Shown: positions 37,849 through 49,340 of the stretch, piece after piece
Layout of the letters: every line of letters begins with the position of its first letter
How positions within the stretch are numbered: the first letter of the stretch is position 1
NCBI RefSeq assembly: GCF_036321535.1
Contig: NC_087437.1
Coordinates: forward strand, 92,134,001 to 92,198,000
DNA length: 64,000 nt
Source of the DNA: Camelus dromedarius
Lineage: Eukaryota
Reading direction: 5' to 3'
Made by a program: the position numbers and the translations under genes
The notes under the pieces: model-generated
Database searches by the model: none
Seen by the model: the letters and a program-made list of their open reading frames with translations, nothing else
Told to the model about the DNA's origin: nothing

Positions 37849-38599
37849 TACCTAAAAAATGGTGGTAACTTTTATTATTCATTTTCCTTTATGATAACTG
37901 TCAGATAACATAGACAAAAGCAAAGGAATCAGTTTAACTGAAATTCTAAAAATCTGAATAGGTGCTTTCTTTGATGCTCTTAGTAGTTTTCATATTAACT
38001 TTTGTTTCCAGTTGTATCTATTTTATTAGCAGGCTTTTGTCCTAGCTCCTAAATCTGTTCACAAAGGAATTGCAGACACTTGATGATGAATATGATGTAT
38101 TCTTGCCTCTCAGATCGCTCTGACACATACTCTTACACTTCCTTCATAAAGAGAAAGGGAATCATACACCTACACACACCATTCAATTTCACACTTAAAG
38201 TTCTCGGGCTCTGTTAGGATTCCCATGTTGTTTTAGTTCCTTACTTGGAAGGCTACTAGGATTTCTGTATGGCTAGTATGAAATCAGGCTGTTCCAGCTG
38301 GAGCTGGCTAGCCTTCAGCCTACTCCTTCAGCAACAGGGACTGTGCCTTTGGAACTGTGCCAGTTCAGCCTTCAGCTCAGTTTCCTTTGGATTAGGACAG
38401 GTTCTGTTGAAACTGTACTGAGAAGTTTTTAGCCTGGCTTCTTTGGAACCAGACTGTTCCCTTCAAACTCACTGGTAGTAGACCTACAGCGTACTTGGGC
38501 TATTTGAACTATTTGAGCTGTTTACATTGTTTCAAAAAAATATTCTCTTACTGTAGAAAAACAAAAACAGAAAGAAAAAAAACCCCACTAAGAAACTGA

Positions 38600-39900
38600 T
38601 TCCAATAATCTAAATATTTAGAGGGCTTCCCCTCTCCAGGGACCACAGAATTTATGTTTGAAAACCACAGTCCTTCCTCTTGTGCATTTCTAACTAAACG
38701 GACTGACCTGATAAAAGGCAATTTAGAATATCAATGGCTTTTATAGAGAACCTTTGAAATTCCTTGACTTTTCTTCATACTGAATTGGACAACCCTAGCT
38801 CTAAAGTTTCCCAAACTTAATGGGATGCCTATTTCAATTGGTATTTTGAGGCTTCCAAACATTACCAGGAGCTTAAAAAATTGCTTCACTGCAAAATAAG
38901 ATTTTAAGATTAACTGAGTCAAACTAAGAATTAAAGAAAGGTAAAATGGCTTCCAAAGCCTTGTGTTCTTTCCTGGCTTCTTTGTCTCAGGCCTCACCTC
39001 CAGAGCCATCTTTCTACTTTCTTTCTATGCTACCTACACCTCTTCTATACCCTCAGTTCCCCATACTAATTCTCTTATTGAACTTCCCTTTTCCTCTGAA
39101 ACTCTCTCCACTCTTTTTTCCTCTGAATTTATAAGAGCCTGTCCCTTAAACTTAAGCCTTCCAAGGATCCATAGACTAAACTCTTAATTATTTATACTGC
39201 CTGAACTAAAGCTGCACGCAAGCCACAAAGATTTTCCAAAAAGAACCAAAGATCCTCACAGATTTAGTGATGTATCAATCTGGCTTCTCTGACTTATATC
39301 AGCGAGCTCATATACTTGTTGGTGAAGACCCACTGGGTGACAACTGCTAATTAGTAAAATCCTGAAAAATCTCCAGAATTACAACAAGGAGACCCACCCA
39401 GCTAAGTTATATGATTAGGTTCAGGTGGTCAATAGGCAACTACATAGAGCAAATATTAGGGCTTTTCCAAAGCCTGTTGACTGAAACAGAATTCAGGCTT
39501 GCACACAAAAATCTGATGAACCTGTTCATGACTATTATAACTGACTTCAGGTTATTTTTAAAGAAAATTTTAGTAATCCCTTAGGTGTTGATTTCACCCA
39601 AGTGGCTTTTAACTCTATGTTTATTAATGGGTTGAACCAGGACCTTTCCCTTCTAGTGAAAAGAACCAGGATGGGATGTGAAACTGTGTCCACTGCAGAT
39701 ACAGTTAATCTGGCAATCCAGCTCTCTCACACGCTAGATGAGTCACCTAAAAGGAAGACTAACAAAATTCTTAATCTTCAATTGCAGAAATTAAGGGCCC
39801 CTAAACAAGAGCAAAACCCACCTAGTTTCTGCTGTTATTGCAAAAAACCCAGGACATCAGGAAAGAGATTGTTATAAATTTAAGCACTTTTAGTTTCCTT
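38600..39900 (+). pseudogene. gag: ERV gag remnant
   Basis: MA-like NLEYQWLL*RTFEIP. MHR IQACTQKSDEPVHDYYN*LQ from 39491, in frame with AFNSMFINGL. CCHC knuckle CCYCKKP/GHQERDC at 39830-39872 across a 1-nt frameshift. Confidence 0.85.
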
Positions 39901-40009
39901 CAGCCCTCTAACCAGCCTTTCCAATGTCCTGTCCTCCCAATTCTCAGTGATGGGCCTCTGAGGTACTATAGGGGCTCTTCCCAATCCTCCCTTTTAACTG
40001 GTTTGGAGA

Positions 40010-40280
40010 TACATTTCTCTAGATAGAGGATGAATCTCTTCCAGTCCTAACTGACACTGAGACCCATACTCTCAGTGCTCAACCCCAGTACTATAAAACA
40101 TCTCCTGCCTCAAAGTATTAAAACAGTTTAAATAGTAGGGATCTACTATTTAATAGTAAGCCACTTTCTTCTTGGTTTTTCTTCCCTCATCCATTTATTA
40201 GGCAGAAACTTCTTAGAGAAGTATCATAGTGGAATCTCTCTCTCCCTAAAGGGGGAAATTATTCTGGAAATTGACAGTAG
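40010..40280 (+). pseudogene. pro: ERV protease remnant
   Basis: LPVLTDTET.ILSVL with a degenerate DTGA at 40053, and downstream HLLGRNFLEK (GRD-like motif). Confidence 0.7.
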
Positions 40281-40379
40281 TCATCAAAATAACCAAGTGA
40301 ATTAAATGACCCTTTGACATCTTTTATTTGCTTTGCTTCTGAAAGTACTGGAGCTGATTCTGGAAACACTAATTATTTG

Positions 40380-41280
40380 TCCCTATTGAATCAGCTACCA
40401 CACTCCTTACAGGAAACAACTCCAATGGATATCTGCAAAGTTTAACATAGCTCCCATCAAGATTCAAATAGATCTTTCAAAACCTCTTTCTAGAATTAAT
40501 CAATATCTTATAAGAAACCTTTCAAGTCATAAAGCCCATAATAGAAAATTACAAGGCTCATGGCTTCATTTCCCTTGTATTATTCCCTGTAATACTCCTA
40601 TGTAACCAGTGAGAAAATCAACGGGCTGAGGGTGGAGGTTGGTTCAAGACCTCTGAGAAATGAACAACACTGTTATCCCTTAACACCCTCTTGTTTCTAA
40701 TTCTCATCTGTTACTAGCATCCATTTCTATTAGAAGCAAATTCTTTATTGCAATTGATTTATGTAATTCCTTATTTAATATTCAAGTTGATGAAGCTTAG
40801 CTAATATTTTTTACTTTCACTTGGGAAGAAAAACAATTTATCTGGACAGTTATGCCTCAGGGATTTACTGAGAGTCCTTCCTATTTCTCCCAAATCCTAA
40901 GAACTGATCTGGTTGACACAAAGTTCCCAAGAGTTTCTACTTTGTCACAATAGGTGGATGATTTGCTTCTTTGCTCTCCTTCTCAAGCCTCCTCAGAGGA
41001 AGACAGCATCCACTTGCTAAAGCTTTTAGCCTTAAAGAGACTTAAGGTCACCAAGGAAAAAAGCAGTTCTGATATGAGAACAAGGGCTATGCCTAGATCC
41101 AGACAGGCTTTGTGGTGTTGTAAAGTTTCCCCAAACCCAAAACTAAGTACCAACTGCAGGATTTTCTCAGCTAATTCATTGTTGTCAAAATTGGACTCCA
41201 AATTTTTTCTTAAGGCCAAGCCTTTTTGCTAAAGAATAACCTGATCTAATTTTACAAGAACTGAATGACATAGTTTTTAG
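40380..41280 (+). pseudogene. pol: ERV pol (reverse transcriptase) remnant
   Basis: PCNTPM*PVRKSTG*GWRLVQDL*EMN, FTFTWEEKQFIWTVMPQGFTESPSYFSQIL, and *VDDLLLC (YVDD) at 40951-40962. Confidence 0.9.
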
Positions 41281-43075
41281 AGACCTTAAAGTCATTGATC
41301 TGAGACCTTCCTTATTTTATAATATAGAACTTTTGTTCTATTTCCCTTCAAGTATTACTCTAGCACATTTCCATATATTTTCAGATGTTCAGTTATTATT
41401 TACATTCAGTAGAAAATACTTCCTAATTTTCATTTTAATTTCATCTTTGTTATATAGGAGTGTACTACTTAGTTTCCAAATATTTGGAGATTTTCCAGAT
41501 ATAATTATTTTATGGAATTCCAATTTAATTTCATTGGCATTAGAGAGCATACTTTGTATAATGAATAACATTACATTTACATAGACTTTTTTTTTATGTC
41601 CCAGAATATGGTCTATCTTTGTAAATGTTCCATGTGTCATTGAAAAGAACATATATTCTCCTGTGTTAAGTGGAGTGTTCTATACATTTCAATTAGGGTA
41701 AGTTGGTTGGTATTGTCTTCTATATTCTTACAGATTTTCTCTTTACTTTTTCTACCAATTATTCAAGGAGAAATACTGAATTCTCTGACTATAGTTTTGG
41801 ATATTTCTGTTTCCTTTTGATTCTATTTTGAATATCTGTTATGGGTAACATTTTTTTTTAAGATTTGTATGTCCTCTTGATGTATTTAATCCTTTATTAT
41901 TGTAAACCGAACTTCTTTACTATTAGTAATATGCTTTGTCTGAAATCTACTTTATCTGATATTAATATACTCATTCTTAGCCTCTTTTGATTAGTGTTAG
42001 CATTGTATATTGTTCTGCATTCTTTTGCTTATATTTTTCTTTGTATTTAAAGCATATTTTTTACTGGCAGCATGCAGTCAAGTATTGCTTTTTTAATTCT
42101 GTCTGATAATCTCAGATTTTAGATCAGAGTGTTTAGATCATTTAATGTGATTATTGATTTAACTGAATTAAAATATATCATCTTGTTAATTCTGTTCTGT
42201 TTGTACCATCTATTCTTTGTTCCATGTTTCACTTTTCCTACCTTGTTCATATTAATTGGATTATTATTTTTATTATTTATCATTCCATTTTATATTCTTT
42301 GTTGGATTATCAACTATAAATTTTATTTTTATTTTCAGTAGTTGCTTTAGATTTCAAACCATAGATTTTTTAACATATCACAGTCCATTCTTAAGTAATG
42401 TTATATATAAGTATATATAGCTTAAAAATTACAAAGCTGTTACCCATTTTTCTTCCCCTGGCCTTTGTACAACTGTTTTTATATATTTTACTTCTATGTA
42501 TGCTAAATAATACTTGGCTAACATTTGTATTTGAATAGTTATCTTTTAAAAATACATCTTTTACTGCTGTTCTGATGTTATTAATTCTTTGTGTAGATAC
42601 AGATTTCCCTGTGCATCATGTTTCTTCTGTCTGAAGGATTATCATTAACATTTTTTGTATGGCAGGTCAGTCAGTGATCAATTCTTTCAGCTTTTATGTC
42701 TTTAAGCATTTATTCCATCTATGTTTTTGAGGAATAGTTTCTCTACGTATAGAACTCTGAGTTATCTTTCTTTTTTCTTCCAGTTCTTTAAAGATGTTTC
42801 TCCATGGGTAGCATTGCTTTCAGTGATAAAAAGTTGCTGTCATTCTTATCTTCATTTTTATGTATGTGATTTATATTTTTTCCTGTGGATAATTTTAAGA
42901 TTTTCTATAAATTATTGTTTTAAGCAATTTGGTTATGATATGCCTACATGTTTCTTTATGTTCCTTGCACCTGGAGTTCATTGAGTTACTTGACATTGAG
43001 AACATACAGTTTCTATAAAATCTGGATAATTTTTGGCCAGTATATCTCTCTTCTTCTTTCATAATTCCATTTATA

Positions 43076-43916
43076 TAGATGGTCCCCAATTTATGATGAT
43101 TTAACTCACAATTTTTCAACTTTATAAAGGTGTGAAAGTGATTTGCATTCAGTGAAACCAACTTCAAATTTTGATCTTTTATTAGGCTAGCAATATAAGT
43201 ACAATATTCTCTTTTCTCCTTTTTTTAATTGAACTATTGTCAGTTACAATGTGTCAGTTTCTGGTGTACAGCATAATGTTTCAACCCTGGGCATATATCC
43301 AGAGGGAACTCTGGATGGAAAAGATATGCACTCCAATGTTTGTAGAAGCACTATATGCAATAGCCAAGACATGGAAACAACCTAAATGTCCATTGACAGA
43401 GGACTGGATAAAGAAGCTGTGGTATATTTATACAATGGAATAGTACTTAGCCATAAAAAAGAATAAAATAATGTCATTGGCAGAAACATGAATGGATCTG
43501 GAAATCATCATTCTAAGTGAAGTAGGCCAGAAAGAGGAAGAAAAATACAACACTCTCTTGTGCTCCTGGGCATTGGCAGAGAGCCTCAGCTCCCAGTCAG
43601 TTATGTAATCATGAGGGTAAACAAGCCGTACACTTATAACCATTCTGTACCCACACAACTATTCTGTTTTTCACTTTCAGTACAATATTCTAAGATTACC
43701 TGAGCTCTTCAACTCTTTATTATGAAATAGGCTTGGTATTAGATGATTTTGACCAGCTGTAGGATAATGTAAGTATTCTAAGAACATTTAAGGTACGTAA
43801 AGCTAAGCTATGATGTTTGGCAGTTTAGATTTATTAAATGCATTTATGTCTTACGATATTTTCAACTATGATGGGTTTATTGGTACATAACCCCATTATA
43901 AATCAAAGAAGACTCA
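43076..43916 (-). mobile_element. Tigger5/MER47-type DNA transposon, split by a young L1
   Basis: Ends TAGATGGTCCCC... and ...AACCCCATTATAAATC with TA flanks. Internal TTCTGTTTTTCACTTTCAGTACA and GCTAAGCTATGATGTT. Confidence 0.85.
43214..43545 (-). mobile_element. Young lineage-specific L1 insertion with 5' inversion
   Basis: T-rich tail plus antisense 3' end (43214-43283), then a sense ORF2 end (43284-43545; AIAKTWKQPKCPLTEDWIKKLWYIYTME). TSD TACAATATTCTCTT / TACAACACTCTCTT. Confidence 0.85.
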
Positions 43917-46900
43917 TACTAAGATGCTTGAAGTTATCTCATAATACACTCTTGCTCTGTTTTTTCAAGTCTTATTTTTTTGAATTTTTATTTAAAAGTT
44001 TCTATTTCTGCATTTTTATGTTCATTGATCTGTTTTTTTTCCCAGTGGCTATTATGTTGTTAGTTATATTTAGTATATAGTATATTTTATATCAGATATT
44101 TTATTAAATTTTAAATCTGGTTTATTAGTATATCATACTTATTATGTTATATATCTTTGATATAATATATATGTGGCTATATAATGTAAGTGTTTGCACT
44201 TAATCAACTCAAACCTTTTTCACCTTCTTATATGGAATGTAATTGTATTAACTATTTTAATGCTCTCATCTGCTGATTCTTTTATATGCGTCCTCTGGGT
44301 CTGTGTCTGTTGTTTGTTTTTGTCTTCATTATGGGTTATAAATCCTGCTTCTCTTCATACCCAGTAATTTTTGACTGGTTATCAGATATTGTCATTTTTA
44401 ACCTTGCTGGGTATTGAGTATTTTTATATTGCTATACATCCCTTTGAGCTTTGTTCTGGAATGCAACTGGGTTTGATATCTTTGAAGCTTCCTTTTATAG
44501 TTTTGTTAGACTGGATCAGAATAACTTTAGTCTAGGGTTCAGCTCGCCCTATGACTTAGGCAATACATCTAAGTAGTCTGTACAGTGTGTTGTGAATTAT
44601 AAGAATGGTGAGCATGAACTGTTCCTGGTCCCGCGTGAGCCAGGTGATTCTATCTGCTGCTTTTGGGTGCTTATTTCCCCAGCACTGGGTCATGTCCTTA
44701 CCTACATGTGGTGTTACTATTCAGCTGAATACTTGGAGAGGATGCTTGCAGATCTCTTGAACTCATTTTTACACTACTCTTTGGTTCACTGTCTTACAAA
44801 CTTATCTGTGTGTCCTTCCTGAATTTTTCAGTTCTATTCCCTCAACACATAAATCCTGACAGGTTCCTCCTGGCTTTCCCCTCCCTGTGCTGTGACCTGG
44901 AATTCTCTCCAGTTTCTGGGATAATCACAGCACTCATTTTATTTGTTTTAGCCTCCGTCATGGTTTAGAGCCCCACACTGCATGAAAAACAGTATCCAAA
45001 ATTCAGTTCCCTAAAATTTTCCAAATTTTAAGTTGCTTCATGCAGAAGGTAAAGGTGGTTCCTGTTACTCACTCTATCTTGGCCAGAAGAAGAAGTCAAA
45101 CAATAGTGAATTTTACCATAGGTAAATCATAACTCAATAGATGTAACTTTCAAAGATAAATAAGTAAATCAGTTTTTAACTGAAAGGAGGGAAATATTTG
45201 TTCCTTTAACTGTTGCTATAAAGAAGAATTTCTGGGTAAAAACTCTGGAAATAAGAAAATGTATAGATTTCATTAAGAAGAGATGTGTGTGAAAAAAGAC
45301 CCTTATGAATTAGACAGCTTGACTCAGCTGTCCTTAGCTTTCAAAAATGAATTTTAATAGCACAAAAGAAAAGTAGATAGAGAGGACTCTCAGGGACACA
45401 GGAAATTACCCAGATTCAATAAAAGATTATCTGGGCCAGAAATAATAAGTTTCTCTTTAAATAAGCAAACACATCCCAGACGTTTAAAACTGTCACTTAT
45501 TATCACTTAGTAGTAATTATTTACTTCACATAAAAATATTGACTGTTTTGCAAATTAACTTACTGTAGTACTAAGTGAAGTGAGTTTTGTCAAGAAGAAA
45601 AGCAATGAACAGTGGGCTGTCTTTGTAAGCAGCCAAAGTGGTGGGCTTGGGCAGGTAAGGGGAAAATTAGGTGAGACAGAGATGCACTAAGGGAGTTAAA
45701 GACTGTTTTAAACCCTTGCAAAATTTCCAGGAGCTTTGACAGGAAGACCATGTCTACTGAGTTATATTTCTCAAACAATCCACGGCATTATTCACAAATT
45801 GTTTACCAGAACAAGGTTCTGAACTCCTGGAGTCAGTATCTGTGCCCTGACCCTCTTATTTATCTCCTTTTAAAAATTTAGTAGATCACAGCTGCAGTCC
45901 CTTACCCCTGGGTATACAAGGAAGGCATGCTTGTTGTTAATAATGTATCATAAGAAGTGTATAAATAAAAAAAAGAATGAAAGTCACTGGCAATCTCCTC
46001 TCTTTGCCGGGACAGAAATAGCTGTTACTGTGTCTCTCCACTCTAGCATAAATAATTGTTACACTTATACTATACATTCGGTTTATATCCTGATTTTTAC
46101 AATGATTATAACAATTTCTTATAGTATGTATACATTTCATAAGCATTTTAATGACTGAAAATCTGCCATCCTCTACTTCTGGACATTTAGATTGTTTTTA
46201 ATTTTCAATGTCATTAATAAGTCCATGATAACCTATAAATATTTCTTTCTTTTTTTTCTTAATAGGAAAATTTGTACATGCTGTTTCAAAGTTAGAACCT
46301 AATAAAATTTCTGAGGTAATTTCCAGGTTATCATTACACTATCGTTAAGTATTTTAATCATTTTTGATTACATGTGAGTTTACCTTTGTATACTTAATGA
46401 GCTTATTTTAAAAATCATTTGCATGGAACTTTCATATAGCTGTAAAAAATCTATAGCACTAAGTAATAATTTGCCTTTTTTGTCTTGGATTACTTAATAT
46501 CACTTCTCTAGAGATTTTCAACAATCATTTACAATGAACAGCAGGGAGGATTTCTGACCCACACTAGTAAACCGTCTCATAAGTTTAAAGACACTGTTTT
46601 TAAATTGGAATAGGACCTGTAGATTTTGGTAAGCACTCTTAGGTATTTCAGAAAGTGAACATTACCTTTCAAATACAAAGAGCTGGTGGTAAAAAATAAA
46701 CTCTAGTAGCTGGTAGGTTCTGGTAAAAATTTTTTTCTTTCAAAAAAACTTAAACAAAAGGAAAATAAAAAAAAAATCTCCAAAGACCAGTTTCAAAAAT
46801 ATTTTGATATTGTTATCACACTTATAGCTTACACAGCAATTACTTGAAGGGGAAAAAAAGTTTTACATGAACATGTGGAATTTTGTGTTTATGCCATTCT

Positions 46901-47121
46901 AATTTATGTTTAGCAATATTACACACTAGAAGAATTAATGTGACTTAAGTTAGGTACATTTGACTCAATCTCTTGAAAACTGTAGTGGTCTGATTAAGTA
47001 GAAAAGGCAGATACTTGCAATATTCTAAACTACTTGAGAGCCTATTTGCTGAAATGTTTTCCCTGGACCTCACTACACAAATTGCTGTTTTTTAGCCTAC
47101 TTGTTGTTTCCGGATGCTTAC

Positions 47122-47245
47122 CCAGCTACGTTTGGAGAGATGACTCCCAGAGAAAGCAGGACAATCGTGTAGCTCAGTGCGTGGTGAGCATAAGTAACTC
47201 CCAGTGAATCATTTTGCACAGCATCCTTACACATCTCTAATTTGG
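47122..47245 (-). other. Candidate 124-bp internal exon of unknown transcript
   Basis: Acceptor TTCCTTCTCCTGTAG, donor TGG|GTAAGC, one fully open frame, and several CpGs in non-repeat DNA. Confidence 0.3.
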
Positions 47246-48754
47246 CTACAGGAGAAGGAACACAACCATGTTTGATATCTAGTTTTCCCCACTCTTATTT
47301 TGTTGAATTTTTGTTTGTTTTTGTTTTTCCTAAAATATAAATATCAACATATTGAGATATCTTAATAAAATACATCAATATACTTAATGTAGTCTGCTTT
47401 ACAAAATTCTCATAAATCTTATAAACCCAGGGAAAACTTTTCCAACATAATTAGAAACAAGGAATGTGGGGGAAAAAAGACTGTGGCACCCACTTTTCAG
47501 CATGTGAAATGGTTCTTTTCCCATTATTTTAAAAAATGGGAATAGATATTGATCAATCATTTATAGGTATAAAATCAATATATGTGCATATTTCTAGCAA
47601 GAAAAAGAGACAGACTTGCTTCTGCAGATTTGTCTGTAGGTGATTATCTATTATTCCATATTTAAATTCATTAAATATTATTTTCCACTTTTATATCTAA
47701 ATTGTAAAGTCCTGTGAGTATTGTGCAGTTGACATTTGTTACATCTAGTAACAATAACTTCATGTTGAAATTGTGTCAAGAGAAGGTTTCTCATGTATAG
47801 AAAAGTTACATGTTCATATGCTCTCCTTACCATAAAATCTTACCCCTATCACCTCCTCAAATCTGAGGACCTAGAGTAGTACCACTTCAGAAAGCTTCAG
47901 AGAAATTAGAAATGGTCTTCATAGCATTCTAGTTGATGGTTTAAACCTGCAAAGTGATTCTATTTCATCTGGGTAATTTCCTTCTGTCCTTTAATAATAA
48001 ATCAAAATATAATCATGCCTAAAATAGAAATACTGTCATATCAACAAATATTTTGGTATAACATGGAGTAACATAAAAATAAGTATTTACAAAATAAAAA
48101 CTTACATACACAAACTTACATATGAATGAAGTATTTTCTGTAGATTAAACCCAACTGCTCCTTTAAAACCCTGTTCCCAATTCATACTACTTCTCCAGGC
48201 TGGAGTCACCTATTAATTTACTTGCTTGTCTATTTTAAAACTACTCTGTGACTTGCTCTTCCCAAAGAAACTGAAAAATAGTGGCAGAGTTTTGGTTTAA
48301 CCCTCATCTCCTGAGACATTTCTGTCCCCCACCTTCGATAACAAATGATTAGTGTGAAATATGGAGTCTTCTCTTCATTTATTTGATCTGCATTTTTGCT
48401 CCTGTCAACATGTTTGATGCATCATGATGTAACTGAAAGAGGTGGGTGATTGGACCCTGGCTCCAACATTAGCAATGGCTTTGGGTGTGTTTATCTGCAC
48501 TGCAGCTGTAACTTCCTCATCTACAACGGGACAGAATGCAATGCATGTTTCCTTAGCTTCCTCTCAGTTCTTGTATTCTAAAATATGTTCTTTTCTCCCA
48601 TAAAACCATGGAAATTTCTATGGAACTTCAGGAAGCTGCAGTTACAATTGTTTCCCAGATCATACTGTCCGTGTAATGGGACACATTTTAGCACAGGAAC
48701 ACACGCTTCTTTCATTTGATAGCCTTTTATAAGGACTAGCTTAACAGCTACTTT

Positions 48755-48918
48755 GAGGGTGAGCATTTCCCAAAACGTGTTTCATATTTTTCAAAAATAT
48801 GCATTAACACACATGAAATAAAATCATATATTCTGGCTGTGGTTCCTGTAATTAATAACAATCCTTTTCACTTTTAAAAGTGTCCTAGTTAGGACAATAA
48901 ATTATATGGTTATCGTAA
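48755..48918 (-). mobile_element. MER81/Blackjack-like hAT MITE
   Basis: TTTCACTTTTAAAAGTGTCCTAGTTAGGACAATAAATTATATGGTTATC resembles the reverse complement of the MER81 start. The left end is AGGGTGAGC. Confidence 0.6.
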
Positions 48919-49159
48919 CCTTTAACCTCCTAAAATTATAAAAATTTCTAGAGCCTTAAAATATGTCTTACCCTTAGTGGAAAGCATCATTTTGACTATC
49001 TTTATCAAGCAAAACCAATACTAGGAAATACCATATTGGAAGGAGAAGGAATTTACGAAATGTAAGACTGTTTTGATGGAAAGGAAAGCCTTCCGACTAG
49101 CTGAAGCTTTCTAAAGGTGACAGCAAAATCAGCAGCAGCAGCAATGACAAGGAAAACAA

Positions 49160-49340
49160 CTACCCATTGTTCTATCCCTATGCTAGTTTAAGCACTTTCC
49201 AATTATTATGTTATTTAACCTTAAACATTGCTATGCAATAGGCACTATTACCACATTTTTTAGAAAGGAACTGAAATCTTTCCAACTTGCCAAGCTAGGA
49301 AGGCTAGAACCTGAGTTTGAGGCCAGGCAATCTGTCTCTT
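49160..49340 (-). mobile_element. MIR SINE
   Basis: TTATTTAACCT, ATAGGCACTATTA, AACTTGCCAAG and AGGCAATCTG. Confidence 0.6.

Larger units (their letters stand above)
38200..41290 (+). mobile_element. Class I (gamma/epsilon-like) ERV internal region: leader-gag-pro-pol(RT), decayed, no LTRs seen
   Basis: Ordered gag, protease and RT motifs (see sub-features) with multiple stops and frameshifts. Confidence 0.9.
41290..45095 (-). mobile_element. Old L1M 5' half (5' UTR, ORF1, ORF2 endonuclease), 3' part missing
   Basis: ORF 41389-41652 (FFSMTHGTFTKIDHILGHK...KSPNIWKLSSTLL) matches the L1 ORF2 endonuclease. ORF1-like TCRHIITKLLK at ~42930. 5' UTR-like sequence at 44400-45095. Confidence 0.85.

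Noticed and set aside
39602..39877. Domesticated gag-derived gene
   Set aside because: The ORF is a short stretch between stops and frameshifts. The MHR and zinc knuckle are both disrupted.
47166..47195. tRNA/SINE A-box-like TAGCTCAGTG
   Set aside because: No B-box, cloverleaf, tail or TSD follows.
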